A stretch of 64,000 nucleotides of DNA from Clostridia bacterium (GCA_030527165.1 JAUNBH010000003.1:20028-84027); one strand, 5' to 3'. Shown: positions 45,905-55,243, counted from the stretch's first letter. A program made the numbers and translations. The notes: a model not told the origin generated them from the sequence alone.

Positions 45905-47452
45905 TCACTCAAATTCGGGTATCGTCTCAAACACGATGCGCTGAAGCTCTCCGCTTCTCACGAGCACATTCGCGCCTGAAATATCGTCCCTGATTTCGCG
46001 GTCTTCGCCGTAGAAGCCGAAGCGCTTGCGCGCCGCGTCAAACAGTGCGCGGTGAACGGGCGAGATATCCCCTCCGCGCAACTCTATGCCCTGTACTGCC
46101 GCCATCAGCTCGTATGCGAGCACGGAATAGGTGTTGTCGACTATGGAAGCGCACTTGCGCGCGGCGGTAGTACCCATGCTGACGTGATCCTCCTGGTTTG
46201 CAGAGCTGGGTATGGAGTCCACGCTGGCGGGGTGCGCGAGCACCTTGTTTTCGGACACGAGCGAGGCGGCGCCGTACTGGCATATCATGTAGCCGGAGTT
46301 GATGCCGCCATTGGGGGTGAGGAATGCTGGAAGTCCGTTGCTGAGCGCGGGGTTTACGAGTCTCTCCATCCTGCGCTCTGATATGCTTGCGAGCTCCGCC
46401 GCCGCGATACCGAGGTAGTCAAATGCGAGCGCCATGGGCTCCCCGTGGAAGTTGCCGCCGGATATCACGCTCTCGTCGTCCAAGAACAGCAGCGGGTTGT
46501 CAGTTGCGGAGTTGATCTCTATTTCGATTTTGCCGCGCACGTGGTCTATGGCATCCCTGCAAGCGCCGTGAACCTGCGGCAAACAGCGTATGGCGTAGGC
46601 GTCCTGAACGCGGAGCGAGGCGGATGCGTCGAGCAGCGGGCTGCCGTCCGTCAGGAGGAGTATGTTGCGCGCCACAATGCCCTGCCCTTTGTGCGGGCGA
46701 ACGGCGTGAACGCGCGGGTCGAAGGCATTGCGGAGCGCCGTAAGCGCTTCCATGGACATGGAGGCGACTATATCCGCGAGTTGTGCGGCGCGCAGGCTGT
46801 CATAGCAGGCCAGAAGCCCGATAGCGGTCATGCACTGCGTGCCGTTTATGAGCGCGAGCCCCTCTTTAGCGAGCAGCGTAAACACCTGTATGCCGGCGCG
46901 CTCCATTGCGTCCGCGCCGCTCAGTGTCCGCCCCTCGTACTCGGCGACGCCCAGACCCAGGAGCGGGAGCGCCATGTGGGACAGCGGAGCGAGGTCGCCG
47001 CTCGCGCCCAGGGAGCCCTTTTCGGGCACTATCGGATGTACGCGCTTGTTGAGCATCTCCACGAGTGCGAGCACTATTTCCGGGCGTATGCCGGAGCAGC
47101 CCTTGCACAGCGCGTTTGCCCTCAGCAGCATCATGGCGCGGACTACCTCAGTGGGCAGAGGTTCGCCTACTCCAACGCAGTGGCTTAGTATGAGATTCAT
47201 TTGGAGCTTACCGCTCAGCTCACTGCCAATGCTGATTTTGCTGAACTCGCCGAAACCCGTGCTGATGCCGTAGGCGACGCGCTCCTCGTCAATTATCTTT
47301 GACACGAGCGCACGCGAGCGCCGCATGGCATCCATAGCGGCTTCGGCGACCGATACGCGCGCGCCGAAGCGCGCTGCGGCGACTACCTGCTCGATAGTGA
47401 GCGAAGCGCCGTCTATCAGAACTTCCTGAATGTGCTGTGGATTGACGTGCAA
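45905..47452 (-). CDS. hutH: Histidine ammonia-lyase
   Basis: MIO-forming GSLGASGDLAPLSH motif. The TTG start at 47452 lies 7 nt after GGAGG. Confidence 0.9.
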   Translation of the reverse strand: MHVNPQHIQEVLIDGASLTIEQVVAAARFGARVSVAEAAMDAMRRSRALVSKIIDEERVAYGISTGFGEFSKISIGSELSGKLQMNLILSHCVGVGEPLPTEVVRAMMLLRANALCKGCSGIRPEIVLALVEMLNKRVHPIVPEKGSLGASGDLAPLSHMALPLLGLGVAEYEGRTLSGADAMERAGIQVFTLLAKEGLALINGTQCMTAIGLLACYDSLRAAQLADIVASMSMEALTALRNAFDPRVHAVRPHKGQGIVARNILLLTDGSPLLDASASLRVQDAYAIRCLPQVHGACRDAIDHVRGKIEIEINSATDNPLLFLDDESVISGGNFHGEPMALAFDYLGIAAAELASISERRMERLVNPALSNGLPAFLTPNGGINSGYMICQYGAASLVSENKVLAHPASVDSIPSSANQEDHVSMGTTAARKCASIVDNTYSVLAYELMAAVQGIELRGGDISPVHRALFDAARKRFGFYGEDREIRDDISGANVLVRSGELQRIVFETIPEFE

Positions 47453-47492
47453 AGTGAAAGCCTCCAGTCGTTATAGCGTTAATATCGTGGTA

Positions 47493-48521
47493 TCACCACT
47501 TATTGCGCACCAGCTCCGCAAAGCCGGTGAGGTCTTTAATTTCGAACGTGGTGCCGCAGTCGAGCGTCGCGCTGCCGGAGAAACGGCCGAACACTTGGTG
47601 CTGATCGCTCAGCACTATGCCTATCGAAGTGTACGAACTCCTGTCGATTATCGGGGTAAACAGCAGGTCGAGCCTGCCGTCGTCGGTCTTAATGGCGTAG
47701 GGCGCCAGGTAGTCCCGGGTGCCGTCGGGGCGCATCGGAATCTCGTACTTCAGCCTGTCGAGCTTATGAGCGGCGCCGTCGTAGAACAGCATATTCTCGG
47801 AGGCGGCGCTCGTATCCCCGAAGCCGCAGCCGATGTTAAAGCCGAACACGCGCCCGCCGACTACGCCTTGGGCCGCGCCCCAGTACCAGGTGTTATCGTA
47901 CGTCCAAACGCCTCTGCCCCAGTCGAGCAGCCCGAATGAGTCGTCGGGGGAGAATGTGTACTCGCGCCCCTCAAAGCGGACGGTGCCGCTTGCGCGCATG
48001 CCTATGATCTTCTGATTGTAATAGAACGCTTTGGCATCCTCCGCGAAGGGCGTCGCGATTACCATGCTGTCGCGCGGTTCATCTGTCAGAGCGATATGCG
48101 CCTCCAACCCGCCGCCGGGGAATTTTGGCATGCTGCAGTTCAGCGCGCGCTTCCCGTCCGTATGCTCGAATGAGATTTGCACGTTCTTGAGGGCCACTCG
48201 AATATCGCCTTCGCGGGAAGAGGACGGCATTTGCGTGCGGCCGAATGTAAATGCGCGAAGCGGGCTGCAGGTCACTTCACGGCGGTTCGCAAAATCGATG
48301 AACGAGGCGCTTAAGAGCCCCATGTAGCTGTTGTCGTCTATTGTGAGTGCAAGCGCGAAGCGGTCGTTGTAGACGAGGTAATAGTCCCACTCCTTTATGC
48401 GGTGGGGTGCGGCCGCGATGTGCGTCCTGTCGTACTCCTTGACCAGCGATAGCGCGTAGCCCGCCTCGTTGAGCTGCCCTCGTTCATTCAGCAGGCGTCC
48501 GGGTTTTAGCAAGTGCTGCAT
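47493..48521 (-). CDS. DUF2804-family protein
   Basis: MQHLLKPGRLLNERGQLNEAGYA...IKEWDYYLV is the N-terminal pattern I associate with DUF2804. ATG 48521 follows GGAGG. Only 40 nt separate its stop from the hutH start. Confidence 0.6.
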   Translation of the reverse strand: MQHLLKPGRLLNERGQLNEAGYALSLVKEYDRTHIAAAPHRIKEWDYYLVYNDRFALALTIDDNSYMGLLSASFIDFANRREVTCSPLRAFTFGRTQMPSSSREGDIRVALKNVQISFEHTDGKRALNCSMPKFPGGGLEAHIALTDEPRDSMVIATPFAEDAKAFYYNQKIIGMRASGTVRFEGREYTFSPDDSFGLLDWGRGVWTYDNTWYWGAAQGVVGGRVFGFNIGCGFGDTSAASENMLFYDGAAHKLDRLKYEIPMRPDGTRDYLAPYAIKTDDGRLDLLFTPIIDRSSYTSIGIVLSDQHQVFGRFSGSATLDCGTTFEIKDLTGFAELVRNKW

Positions 48522-48683
48522 AGCGACCTCCCGATAGCGATATAGGGTAACAATCAGACTAATACTACCACATTTGCGATGCGCGCAAAAGCCCCGGCGT
48601 AATATATGTTTGCGTGCGCTCCGCATGAAAGGTGTTCACACACGGTCTATAAAATGGTATGATTGGTATGTGAGGGAATTATC

Positions 48684-49355
48684 ATGACTTGGAAGACAGT
48701 TTTTATCGTACTGTATGCGCTGGTGAGCTGCGTCCATCTCCTCAGCTGCTTTTTCGAGTGGCGGGCGCTGCGCGTCGTTACCAAGTGCATTGTAATGCCG
48801 CTCCTGTGTGCGGTCTACATCGTCTGCTCCGAGGAGTTGATCTGGGCGGTGCCGGCAGCGCTGGGCCTGAGCGCGATAGGGGATTTCGCGCTGTTATTCG
48901 CAGACAAGCCTGCGCACATGGTACCGGGAATAGCGTCGTTTGCGCTGGCGCATTTGACGTATGCGGGCATAACCGCATTCGGCGGGTATATGGCGGGCGT
49001 GCAATGGTGGCTCGCGCTGCTTATAGTGCTCGCATTTCTCGCCTTGGCGGCGTTCATATGGAGCTGTGCTGCGCGGCATATGGAGGTTAGGATGCGCGTG
49101 GCAGGGGCGCTCTATGCGCTGGTGATATGCGGCATGGCGGCCTGTCAGACCATAGCGTTTGCGGCGGCTCCCTCGCTCGGAACGCTGCTGCTCGTGCTCG
49201 GCGCGTTGGCGTTCGTAGTGTCCGACTCCACATTGGCGAGAATCGTGTTGATACCCGAAAAGCGCTTGCCCAAGGGCACGTTCGCAGTGATGTCGACGTA
49301 CATATTGGCGCAGACTCTGCTGGTGTGCGGCTATCAAATGGCGGTGACGGTATGA
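48684..49355 (+). CDS. YhhN-family (lysoplasmalogenase-like) membrane protein
   Basis: Polytopic protein of 223 aa with the pattern I associate with YhhN (VTKCIVMPLL, GDFALLF). Confidence 0.65.
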   Translation: MTWKTVFIVLYALVSCVHLLSCFFEWRALRVVTKCIVMPLLCAVYIVCSEELIWAVPAALGLSAIGDFALLFADKPAHMVPGIASFALAHLTYAGITAFGGYMAGVQWWLALLIVLAFLALAAFIWSCAARHMEVRMRVAGALYALVICGMAACQTIAFAAAPSLGTLLLVLGALAFVVSDSTLARIVLIPEKRLPKGTFAVMSTYILAQTLLVCGYQMAVTV

Positions 49356-49960
49356 GGCTGTTGATCTCAGGCTTCGAGCCTTGGCACGACCCCGTGAACC
49401 CCGCGTGGGAGGTAGCGAAAGCGCTGCCCAAAGCGCATGCGGGCTGCGAATTGCGCTCGGTGCTGCTGAGAGTTGCAGCTGCTGACGCGGAGCGCGCGCT
49501 GAGGGAGTCGATAGAGTCATTCGAGCCGGATGCGGTAGTCCTGCTCGGCCAGAGCGGCAGGAGCCAGCAGTTGGAAGTGGAGCGCATAGCCGTAAATTTA
49601 GACGACTATCGCGTTGAGGATAACGATGGCGCCTTGGTTGTGAATCGTCCCATAGAGGCGGGCGCACCCGACGGTTTGTTCGCCACACTCCCCGTAGTGG
49701 AGATGGTCAGCGCAATTCGAGGCGCTGGTGTGCCGGCGGCGCTCTCGTTGACGGCGGGGACTCACCTGTGCAATCACATGCTGTACTGGGCGCTGCGATA
49801 TGCGCAGCGCAACAGGCCGGGCATGATGTGCGGGTTCATACACCTGCCGTTTCTGCCGGAGCAGCTGCTGCGCAAGGGCAGTGGCTGCTGCATGAGCGGT
49901 GAATTGATGCTGCGCGGAGTGCTGTCGGCAATAGAAGCCATAGGAGAATACGCACGTTAG
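49352..49960 (+). CDS. pcp: Pyroglutamyl-peptidase I
   Basis: Begins MRLLISGFEPW. It carries the E(VERIAVN), C(AGTHLCNH), H(GFIHLP) catalytic triad contexts. The start overlaps the YhhN stop (ATGA). Confidence 0.85.
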   Translation: MRLLISGFEPWHDPVNPAWEVAKALPKAHAGCELRSVLLRVAAADAERALRESIESFEPDAVVLLGQSGRSQQLEVERIAVNLDDYRVEDNDGALVVNRPIEAGAPDGLFATLPVVEMVSAIRGAGVPAALSLTAGTHLCNHMLYWALRYAQRNRPGMMCGFIHLPFLPEQLLRKGSGCCMSGELMLRGVLSAIEAIGEYAR

Positions 49961-49977
49961 CTGAGGAGGGATAAACC

Positions 49978-50883
49978 ATGCCGCTTAATCTAAACAAGAC
50001 TCTGGTTGTAGGCATATCGTCGAGGGCGCTCTTTGATCTCGAATACGAGAACGAGGTATTTGAGAAACAGGGCCTCGAGGCGTACCGGATGTATCAGATA
50101 CAGCACGAAAACGAGGTGCTAAAGCCGGGCGCGGGTTTTGCAGTCGTAAAGGCGCTGCTCAATCTCAACACTCCGCGCGAACGGCGCACGGAAGTTATAA
50201 TCATGTCGCGCAACACGGCGGATACGAGCCTGCGCATATTCAACTCGATAGACTATTACGGATTGGACATATCGCGCGCTGCCCTCGCAGGTGGGACGTC
50301 GCTTGCGCCATATCTGCCGGCGTTTAACACAGACCTGTTCCTGTCGGCGGACGGTGCGGACGTACAGGCGGCAATAAACGCCAACGTGGCTGCGGGAACT
50401 ATAATCACAAATCACTCGTATCACGACCCTGAAGCGGACATAAAGCAGCTGCGCATAGCCTTTGACGGCGATGCGGTGCTCTTTTCGGACGAGTCCGAGC
50501 GCATATACAAGAGCGAGGGCATGGAGGCGTTCTTGGAGCACGAGAAGGGCAACGCCAAGCAGCCGCTCAAGCAGGGGCCGTTCGCCAAGCTGCTCATGAC
50601 CATATCTAATATCCAGGAGCAGTACAGGGATGAGGAGGCGCCCATAAGGACGGCGCTCGTAACGGCGCGCAATGCGCCCGCGCACGAGCGGGTCGTGCGC
50701 ACGCTGCGCGCGTGGGGCGTCAGGATAGACGAGGCTTTCTTTCTCGGCGGAGTGGACAAGAGCGAGGTGCTCAAGGCGTTTGGAGCGCACATATTCTTTG
50801 ACGACCAGCTACTGCACACGTCGCCCGCGTCTGCGTATGTGGCGAGCGCCACGGTGCCGTACAGGAGCGACGATCGGAGGTAG
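49978..50883 (+). CDS. 5'-nucleotidase-family protein (PF06189-like)
   Basis: The N-terminus KTLVVGISSRALFDLEYENEVF and IAFDGDAVLFSDESE match my recollection of this family. Confidence 0.6.
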   Translation: MPLNLNKTLVVGISSRALFDLEYENEVFEKQGLEAYRMYQIQHENEVLKPGAGFAVVKALLNLNTPRERRTEVIIMSRNTADTSLRIFNSIDYYGLDISRAALAGGTSLAPYLPAFNTDLFLSADGADVQAAINANVAAGTIITNHSYHDPEADIKQLRIAFDGDAVLFSDESERIYKSEGMEAFLEHEKGNAKQPLKQGPFAKLLMTISNIQEQYRDEEAPIRTALVTARNAPAHERVVRTLRAWGVRIDEAFFLGGVDKSEVLKAFGAHIFFDDQLLHTSPASAYVASATVPYRSDDRR

Positions 50884-50897
50884 TTTACGCGCCAATG

Positions 50898-50938
50898 CGC
50901 GCCCGGAAGCGGCCAAGGCGGCCCGGGCGCGTTTTTTT
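50898..50938 (+). terminator. Strong Rho-independent terminator
   Basis: 9-bp CGCGCCCGG/CCGGGCGCG stem followed by T7 (50932-50938). Confidence 0.85.
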
Positions 50939-51050
50939 GCGCCATGCGCGCAAGACCGGGGGCGTGAATTTGCCAAAGAATGCAGATAGCGCGTATAAAG
51001 CGCTCTGACCGAATGTATACATTTACTATATGGGTACAGGAGGTGCGGAC

Positions 51051-51908
51051 ATGAAATATAGGCGCAGGAGGCGCGCCGCTGGCCGCCGGGGAAAGGACTC
51101 TGCTTCCGGGGCGGGCGCACTGCTGTTGGCAGTGCTGTTGTTTGCGGGCGTTGTGTACTTTGTATCGGCTTCCTCGGCGGGGGATTGGCTGACCGAAAAC
51201 GTAATGGCTCCGTTGTTTGCCGCAAAACCCACAGCGCCGGCGGCCACAGACAGCGGGGACACAGTCGAGAGCGTAGACGGCAGCGTCGCCGTCGATGCGC
51301 TGGAGTACTACGCCGTGCAGTTGGGCGTATTCGCGTCCAAAGAAAACGCGGAACAGCTCGCCGCCGCAATGAAAGAGCAGGGCGCGGGCGGCTATATGCT
51401 GACTGAGGACGGGCGTTACCGCGTACTCGCGTGTGCGTTTGAGGCGCGCACGGACGCGGACAGCGTCAAAGAGAAGCTAATATCGGGCGGTTACGACTGC
51501 ACGCTGTATGAAATAGCGGTAAGCGCGGACGTGTTTGCCGTCAGCGCGCCGCAAGAGCAGCTGACGAAGATGGCGGAGCTGTTGCCGCTGATGCGCGGCA
51601 GCATAACCGCTTTGGGCGACATATCGCTGAAGTTCGACGTGGAGAGCCAGAGCGTAGAGGAGGGCGTGGCGGCGGTTCGGGCGCTATATGAGGACGTTTC
51701 GGCGGCGGGAAACATAGCGAGCCTGCGGGCAGTTGCGCAAGCGCAGGCGGTTGGGGGCTGCTACGATGTGTTCGTCACGGCGCTTAAAGTACTCGCGGAG
51801 CAGAATTTCGAAGATGCGGTAGATTTTTCGTCCAATATCAAGTATACTCAGTTACAGTTGATACATCAATACATGGCGCTTGCGGGGGAGCTTGCTTCCG
51901 GAGCGTAA
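51051..51908 (+). CDS. SPOR-domain membrane-anchored protein
   Basis: Arg-rich N-terminus plus a TM helix. SPOR motif YYAVQLGVFASKENAEQLAAAMKEQGAGGYM...YRVL. GGAGGTG SD. Confidence 0.75.
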   Translation: MKYRRRRRAAGRRGKDSASGAGALLLAVLLFAGVVYFVSASSAGDWLTENVMAPLFAAKPTAPAATDSGDTVESVDGSVAVDALEYYAVQLGVFASKENAEQLAAAMKEQGAGGYMLTEDGRYRVLACAFEARTDADSVKEKLISGGYDCTLYEIAVSADVFAVSAPQEQLTKMAELLPLMRGSITALGDISLKFDVESQSVEEGVAAVRALYEDVSAAGNIASLRAVAQAQAVGGCYDVFVTALKVLAEQNFEDAVDFSSNIKYTQLQLIHQYMALAGELASGA

Positions 51909-51918
51909 GGGAGGACAA

Positions 51919-52269
51919 ATGAAACTGCGCGAAGTAGCGGAGGCGACCGGAGCCAAGGTGATATGCGGCGAACGGCATCTAAACGACGAGGTTGACAGCG
52001 CCTTTGGCTCGGATATGATGAGCGATGTGTTGGCGTACGTCAAGCCCACAACGCTTGTGCTGACGGGCATGGTCAACTCGCATGTAATACGCACCGCCGA
52101 CATGCTGGATATAAAGTGCCTGCTGTTCGTGCGGGGAAAGTGCGTCACGCAGGAGATAATCGACAGCGCGCAGGAGCGGGAGATGGTCATATTGTCCACC
52201 CCCATGACCATGTACGAGGCGTGCGGAAGGCTGTACGGCACGGGATTGCCCGCGTGTTCCAAGGAGTAG
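51919..52269 (+). CDS. DRTGG-domain protein
   Basis: LVLTGMVNSHVIRTADMLDIKCLLFVRGK...MVILSTPMTMYEACGRLY has a DRTGG-like layout. GGGAGG SD. It starts 10 nt after the SPOR gene stop. Confidence 0.65.
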   Translation: MKLREVAEATGAKVICGERHLNDEVDSAFGSDMMSDVLAYVKPTTLVLTGMVNSHVIRTADMLDIKCLLFVRGKCVTQEIIDSAQEREMVILSTPMTMYEACGRLYGTGLPACSKE

Positions 52270-52276
52270 GCGGGCG

Positions 52277-52696
52277 ATGGTCATATACAGCGAGAGTTAT
52301 AGGGTAAACAAGGGCGATTTTTCAACTGCGGGAGAGGCGTCCGCCAAGATAAAAGGCGCGTTAAAGCGAATGGGGCTCAATCCGGCGATAATACGCGAAG
52401 TGGCGATATCGTCATACGAACTGGAGCTTAATCTCGTCATCCACTCAGAGGGAGGCGAGCTGATACTCGAGGTGGGCGACGGCGTGCTCTCGCTCATAAG
52501 CAGCGATTGCGGCCCCGGTATCGCGGACACGTCGCTCGTAATGCAGGAGGGGTATTCGACGGCGCCGGAGAGCGTCAGGGCTATGGGTTTCGGCGCGGGC
52601 ATGGGGCTCCCGAACGTAAAGCGGCACAGCCATAGTTTCTCGCTCGAGTCGGAGCTGGGAAAGGGCACGCGCATAGTCGCCAGCTACAATATCTGA
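52277..52696 (+). CDS. SpoIIAB-like anti-sigma/Ser-Thr kinase-type HATPase_c protein
   Basis: Length 139 aa. N-box-like ELELNLVIH, a G1-like SDCGPGI and a G2-like GFGAGMGL. Confidence 0.7.
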   Translation: MVIYSESYRVNKGDFSTAGEASAKIKGALKRMGLNPAIIREVAISSYELELNLVIHSEGGELILEVGDGVLSLISSDCGPGIADTSLVMQEGYSTAPESVRAMGFGAGMGLPNVKRHSHSFSLESELGKGTRIVASYNI

Positions 52697-52715
52697 GGAA
52701 ACGGAAGGATTTGGT

Positions 52716-54029
52716 ATGTACAAGCACTCGGTACGCATAGACAAGAGAAAGTGCGTGGGCTGCACAAACTGCATCAAATGCTGCCCTACGGAGGCGCTCA
52801 GGGTGCAGCAGGGCAAGGCAAAGATAATGGACGAGCGCTGCATAGACTGCGGCAACTGCCTGAGGGTGTGCCCACACAACGCCATGGTCGCAATGACCAC
52901 GCCGCTGTCGGCTTTAGGCGCGTTCAAGTACAACATAGTTATACCGTCTACCACGCTGTACTCGCAGTTTAGAGGACTTGCGGACTTGGAGGACGTGTAC
53001 GCGGGGTTGTACGCCATGGGGTTCGACGCCATATACGAGGAGGCGAAGGCTGCGGAGATAATCGCCGAGGCCATGAGTAAGTACATACACAACGGCGACG
53101 CGGTCTACCCGATAATATCCTGTACCTGCCCGGTAATACCGCGAATGGTCGCTGCGCTGTACCCCAACCTGATAGACAACCTGTCGCCGTTTATACCTTC
53201 AAACGAGCTTGCCGCGCGAGTGGCGAAGGAGGAGTTCTGCGAATCGGTGGGAGTTCCCCGGGAGGAAGTCGGCGCGTACTACATATCTCCCTGCGCGGCG
53301 GAGATGACGCACATTAAAGCCCCTATGGGAATGGACAAGTCCGACATAGACGGCGTGTTCGCCGTGCGGGATGTATATGCTCTGTTGCTGCCGTATATAG
53401 GCAAGGCGATGAACGACCCCGGCTTGCCAAAGACTATTGCGCATCGCGCAGGGGCGTTTGGCTTGGGTTCTGCAGTGGTTGGCGGACTAAGCATGGCGGT
53501 TGGAACGGAGCACTACCTGGCGGTTGACGGCATGGACAATGTAATGCAGTGCCTGGATGATATTGAGAACGAGCGCATGGGGGGCCTGGTATTGGTCGAG
53601 GCTATGGCGTGCTCGGGCGGCTGCGTGGGCGGCCCGTTGACTTTTGAGAATAAGTTCGTAGCAAAGAACCGCAACCGGCGTCTGCAGTATTCGCAGCCGC
53701 GCCTGGACCTGGAGAAGGACGCGCACGTTCAGCGATATGCGGATTCGCCCATGCTCAGGTTTGACAGGCCGTTGGAACCGAAGTCCATACTCAAACTGAG
53801 CGACGACGTCGTAGCTGCGGTGCGAATGATGGATCAGCTCGAGACTATAACAAAGAGCCTGCCTGGGCTGGATTGCGGCTCGTGCGGTTCTCCGACGTGC
53901 CGGACGCTCGCCGAGGACATAGTCAAGGGGCACGCGGTCGAGATGGATTGCATATTCAAGCTGAGGGACAAGGTCAGGCAAATGGCGCAGGAGATGGTGG
54001 ACCTTGCGAGCGCGCACAAGCGCGGATAA
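52716..54029 (+). CDS. [FeFe]-hydrogenase-like protein: 2x[4Fe-4S] + H-cluster-like domain + C-terminal CxxCxxxxC Fe-S domain, with non-canonical motifs
   Basis: Ferredoxin motifs CVGCTNCIKCCP and CIDCGNCLRVCP. H-cluster-like motifs SCTCP, SPCAAEM and EAMACSGGCVGGP. The C-terminus carries LDCGSCGSPTC. Confidence 0.8.
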   Translation: MYKHSVRIDKRKCVGCTNCIKCCPTEALRVQQGKAKIMDERCIDCGNCLRVCPHNAMVAMTTPLSALGAFKYNIVIPSTTLYSQFRGLADLEDVYAGLYAMGFDAIYEEAKAAEIIAEAMSKYIHNGDAVYPIISCTCPVIPRMVAALYPNLIDNLSPFIPSNELAARVAKEEFCESVGVPREEVGAYYISPCAAEMTHIKAPMGMDKSDIDGVFAVRDVYALLLPYIGKAMNDPGLPKTIAHRAGAFGLGSAVVGGLSMAVGTEHYLAVDGMDNVMQCLDDIENERMGGLVLVEAMACSGGCVGGPLTFENKFVAKNRNRRLQYSQPRLDLEKDAHVQRYADSPMLRFDRPLEPKSILKLSDDVVAAVRMMDQLETITKSLPGLDCGSCGSPTCRTLAEDIVKGHAVEMDCIFKLRDKVRQMAQEMVDLASAHKRG

Positions 54030-54055
54030 GGATGAAGACAGAGGAGGCGTAAAGC

Positions 54056-54397
54056 ATGAAGGTTAGCGAACTCGCGCTTAGAATAAGCGGGGAAATACTG
54101 ACGGCTGGCGGCGCAGACAATGAGATAAAGTGCGGCTGCGTCTGCGATTTATTGAGCTGGGTGATGGCGAAGGGCGAGGAAGGCTGCGCATGGGTCACGG
54201 TGCAGACCCACATGAATGTGATAGCCGTCGCGGCGCTGCACGACATGGCGTGCGTCATATGCCCCGAGGGGATGAAGCCGGACGCGCTTGTGTTGAAGAA
54301 GGCGGAGGATGAGGGCATAGCGGTTGTGACGTCGGGCATGACGGCGTACGGGATATGTTCGCTAATGCACGACGCGGGCATCGCGCCTGAGCGTTAA
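54056..54397 (+). CDS. DRTGG-domain protein (second copy)
   Basis: CDLLSWVMAKGEEGCAWVTVQTHMNVIAVAALHDMACVICPEGMKP...GIAVVTSGMTAYG has a DRTGG-like layout. GAGGAGG SD. Confidence 0.65.
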   Translation: MKVSELALRISGEILTAGGADNEIKCGCVCDLLSWVMAKGEEGCAWVTVQTHMNVIAVAALHDMACVICPEGMKPDALVLKKAEDEGIAVVTSGMTAYGICSLMHDAGIAPER

Positions 54398-54402
54398 GCC
54401 CC

Positions 54403-55104
54403 ATGCGGTTGGCGGCGGACTTGCACATCCACACATGCATATCGCCCTGTGCGGATATGACCATGACGCCCAACAACGTCGTCAATATGGCGTATCTCAA
54501 GGGCCTTGACGCGATTGCGGTGTCGGATCACAACACTGCGGGAAACCTGCTCGCGTGCAAGGCGGTGGCGCAGCAGCGGGGTTTGGTATTTGTGCCCGCG
54601 CTGGAGGTCGAGACAGCCGAGGAAGTGCATGTGCTGTGTTACTTTGCCGAGGTGGAGCAGGCGCTCGAGATGGGCGAACTGGTGTACGCGCATTTGCCGC
54701 CTATTGAGAACGTGCCCGGCGTGTTCGGAGAGCAGATAGCGATGAACGAGCTGGATGAGCCCATACGCACGGAGACCAAGCTGCTGATACAGTCGACCAC
54801 CATGTCGATTGACGAGGTAGTAGCCGCATGCAGGCGGTTGGGGGGCGTGCCCGTGCCGGCGCACGTCAACAGGCCCTCGAACTCCATCATAGCTTCGCTG
54901 GGCTTCATACCCGGGCAGCTGGAGCTGACGGCGGTTGAGGTGTACAGAAAGCTTCCGGCGGACATGAATGCGCTTGAGGGCTATCATGTGCTCTATTCAT
55001 CGGATGCGCACTATTTAGAGGATATACTTGAGCGCGAGAGCTTCATAACCGCTTTAGACAGGAGCGCTGCGGGCATTCTCGCTCACATCGCCGACAAAAA
55101 GTGA
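54403..55104 (+). CDS. PHP-domain metal-dependent phosphoesterase
   Basis: DLHIHTCISPCA and AVSDHNT PHP motifs. It starts 5 nt after the preceding stop. Confidence 0.8.
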   Translation: MRLAADLHIHTCISPCADMTMTPNNVVNMAYLKGLDAIAVSDHNTAGNLLACKAVAQQRGLVFVPALEVETAEEVHVLCYFAEVEQALEMGELVYAHLPPIENVPGVFGEQIAMNELDEPIRTETKLLIQSTTMSIDEVVAACRRLGGVPVPAHVNRPSNSIIASLGFIPGQLELTAVEVYRKLPADMNALEGYHVLYSSDAHYLEDILERESFITALDRSAAGILAHIADKK

Positions 55105-55243
55105 GTCAAAGCGGAATCATTTTGCCGCATATGGAACCGGACGGCTCTTTTGGTGTATAATTATTCAAAGGCATACGCAGCGGTGCGGGTATAGTTTTTG
55201 CCGCATCAGAAATACTTATGAAAACGACGGCAGGAGGCGACGA

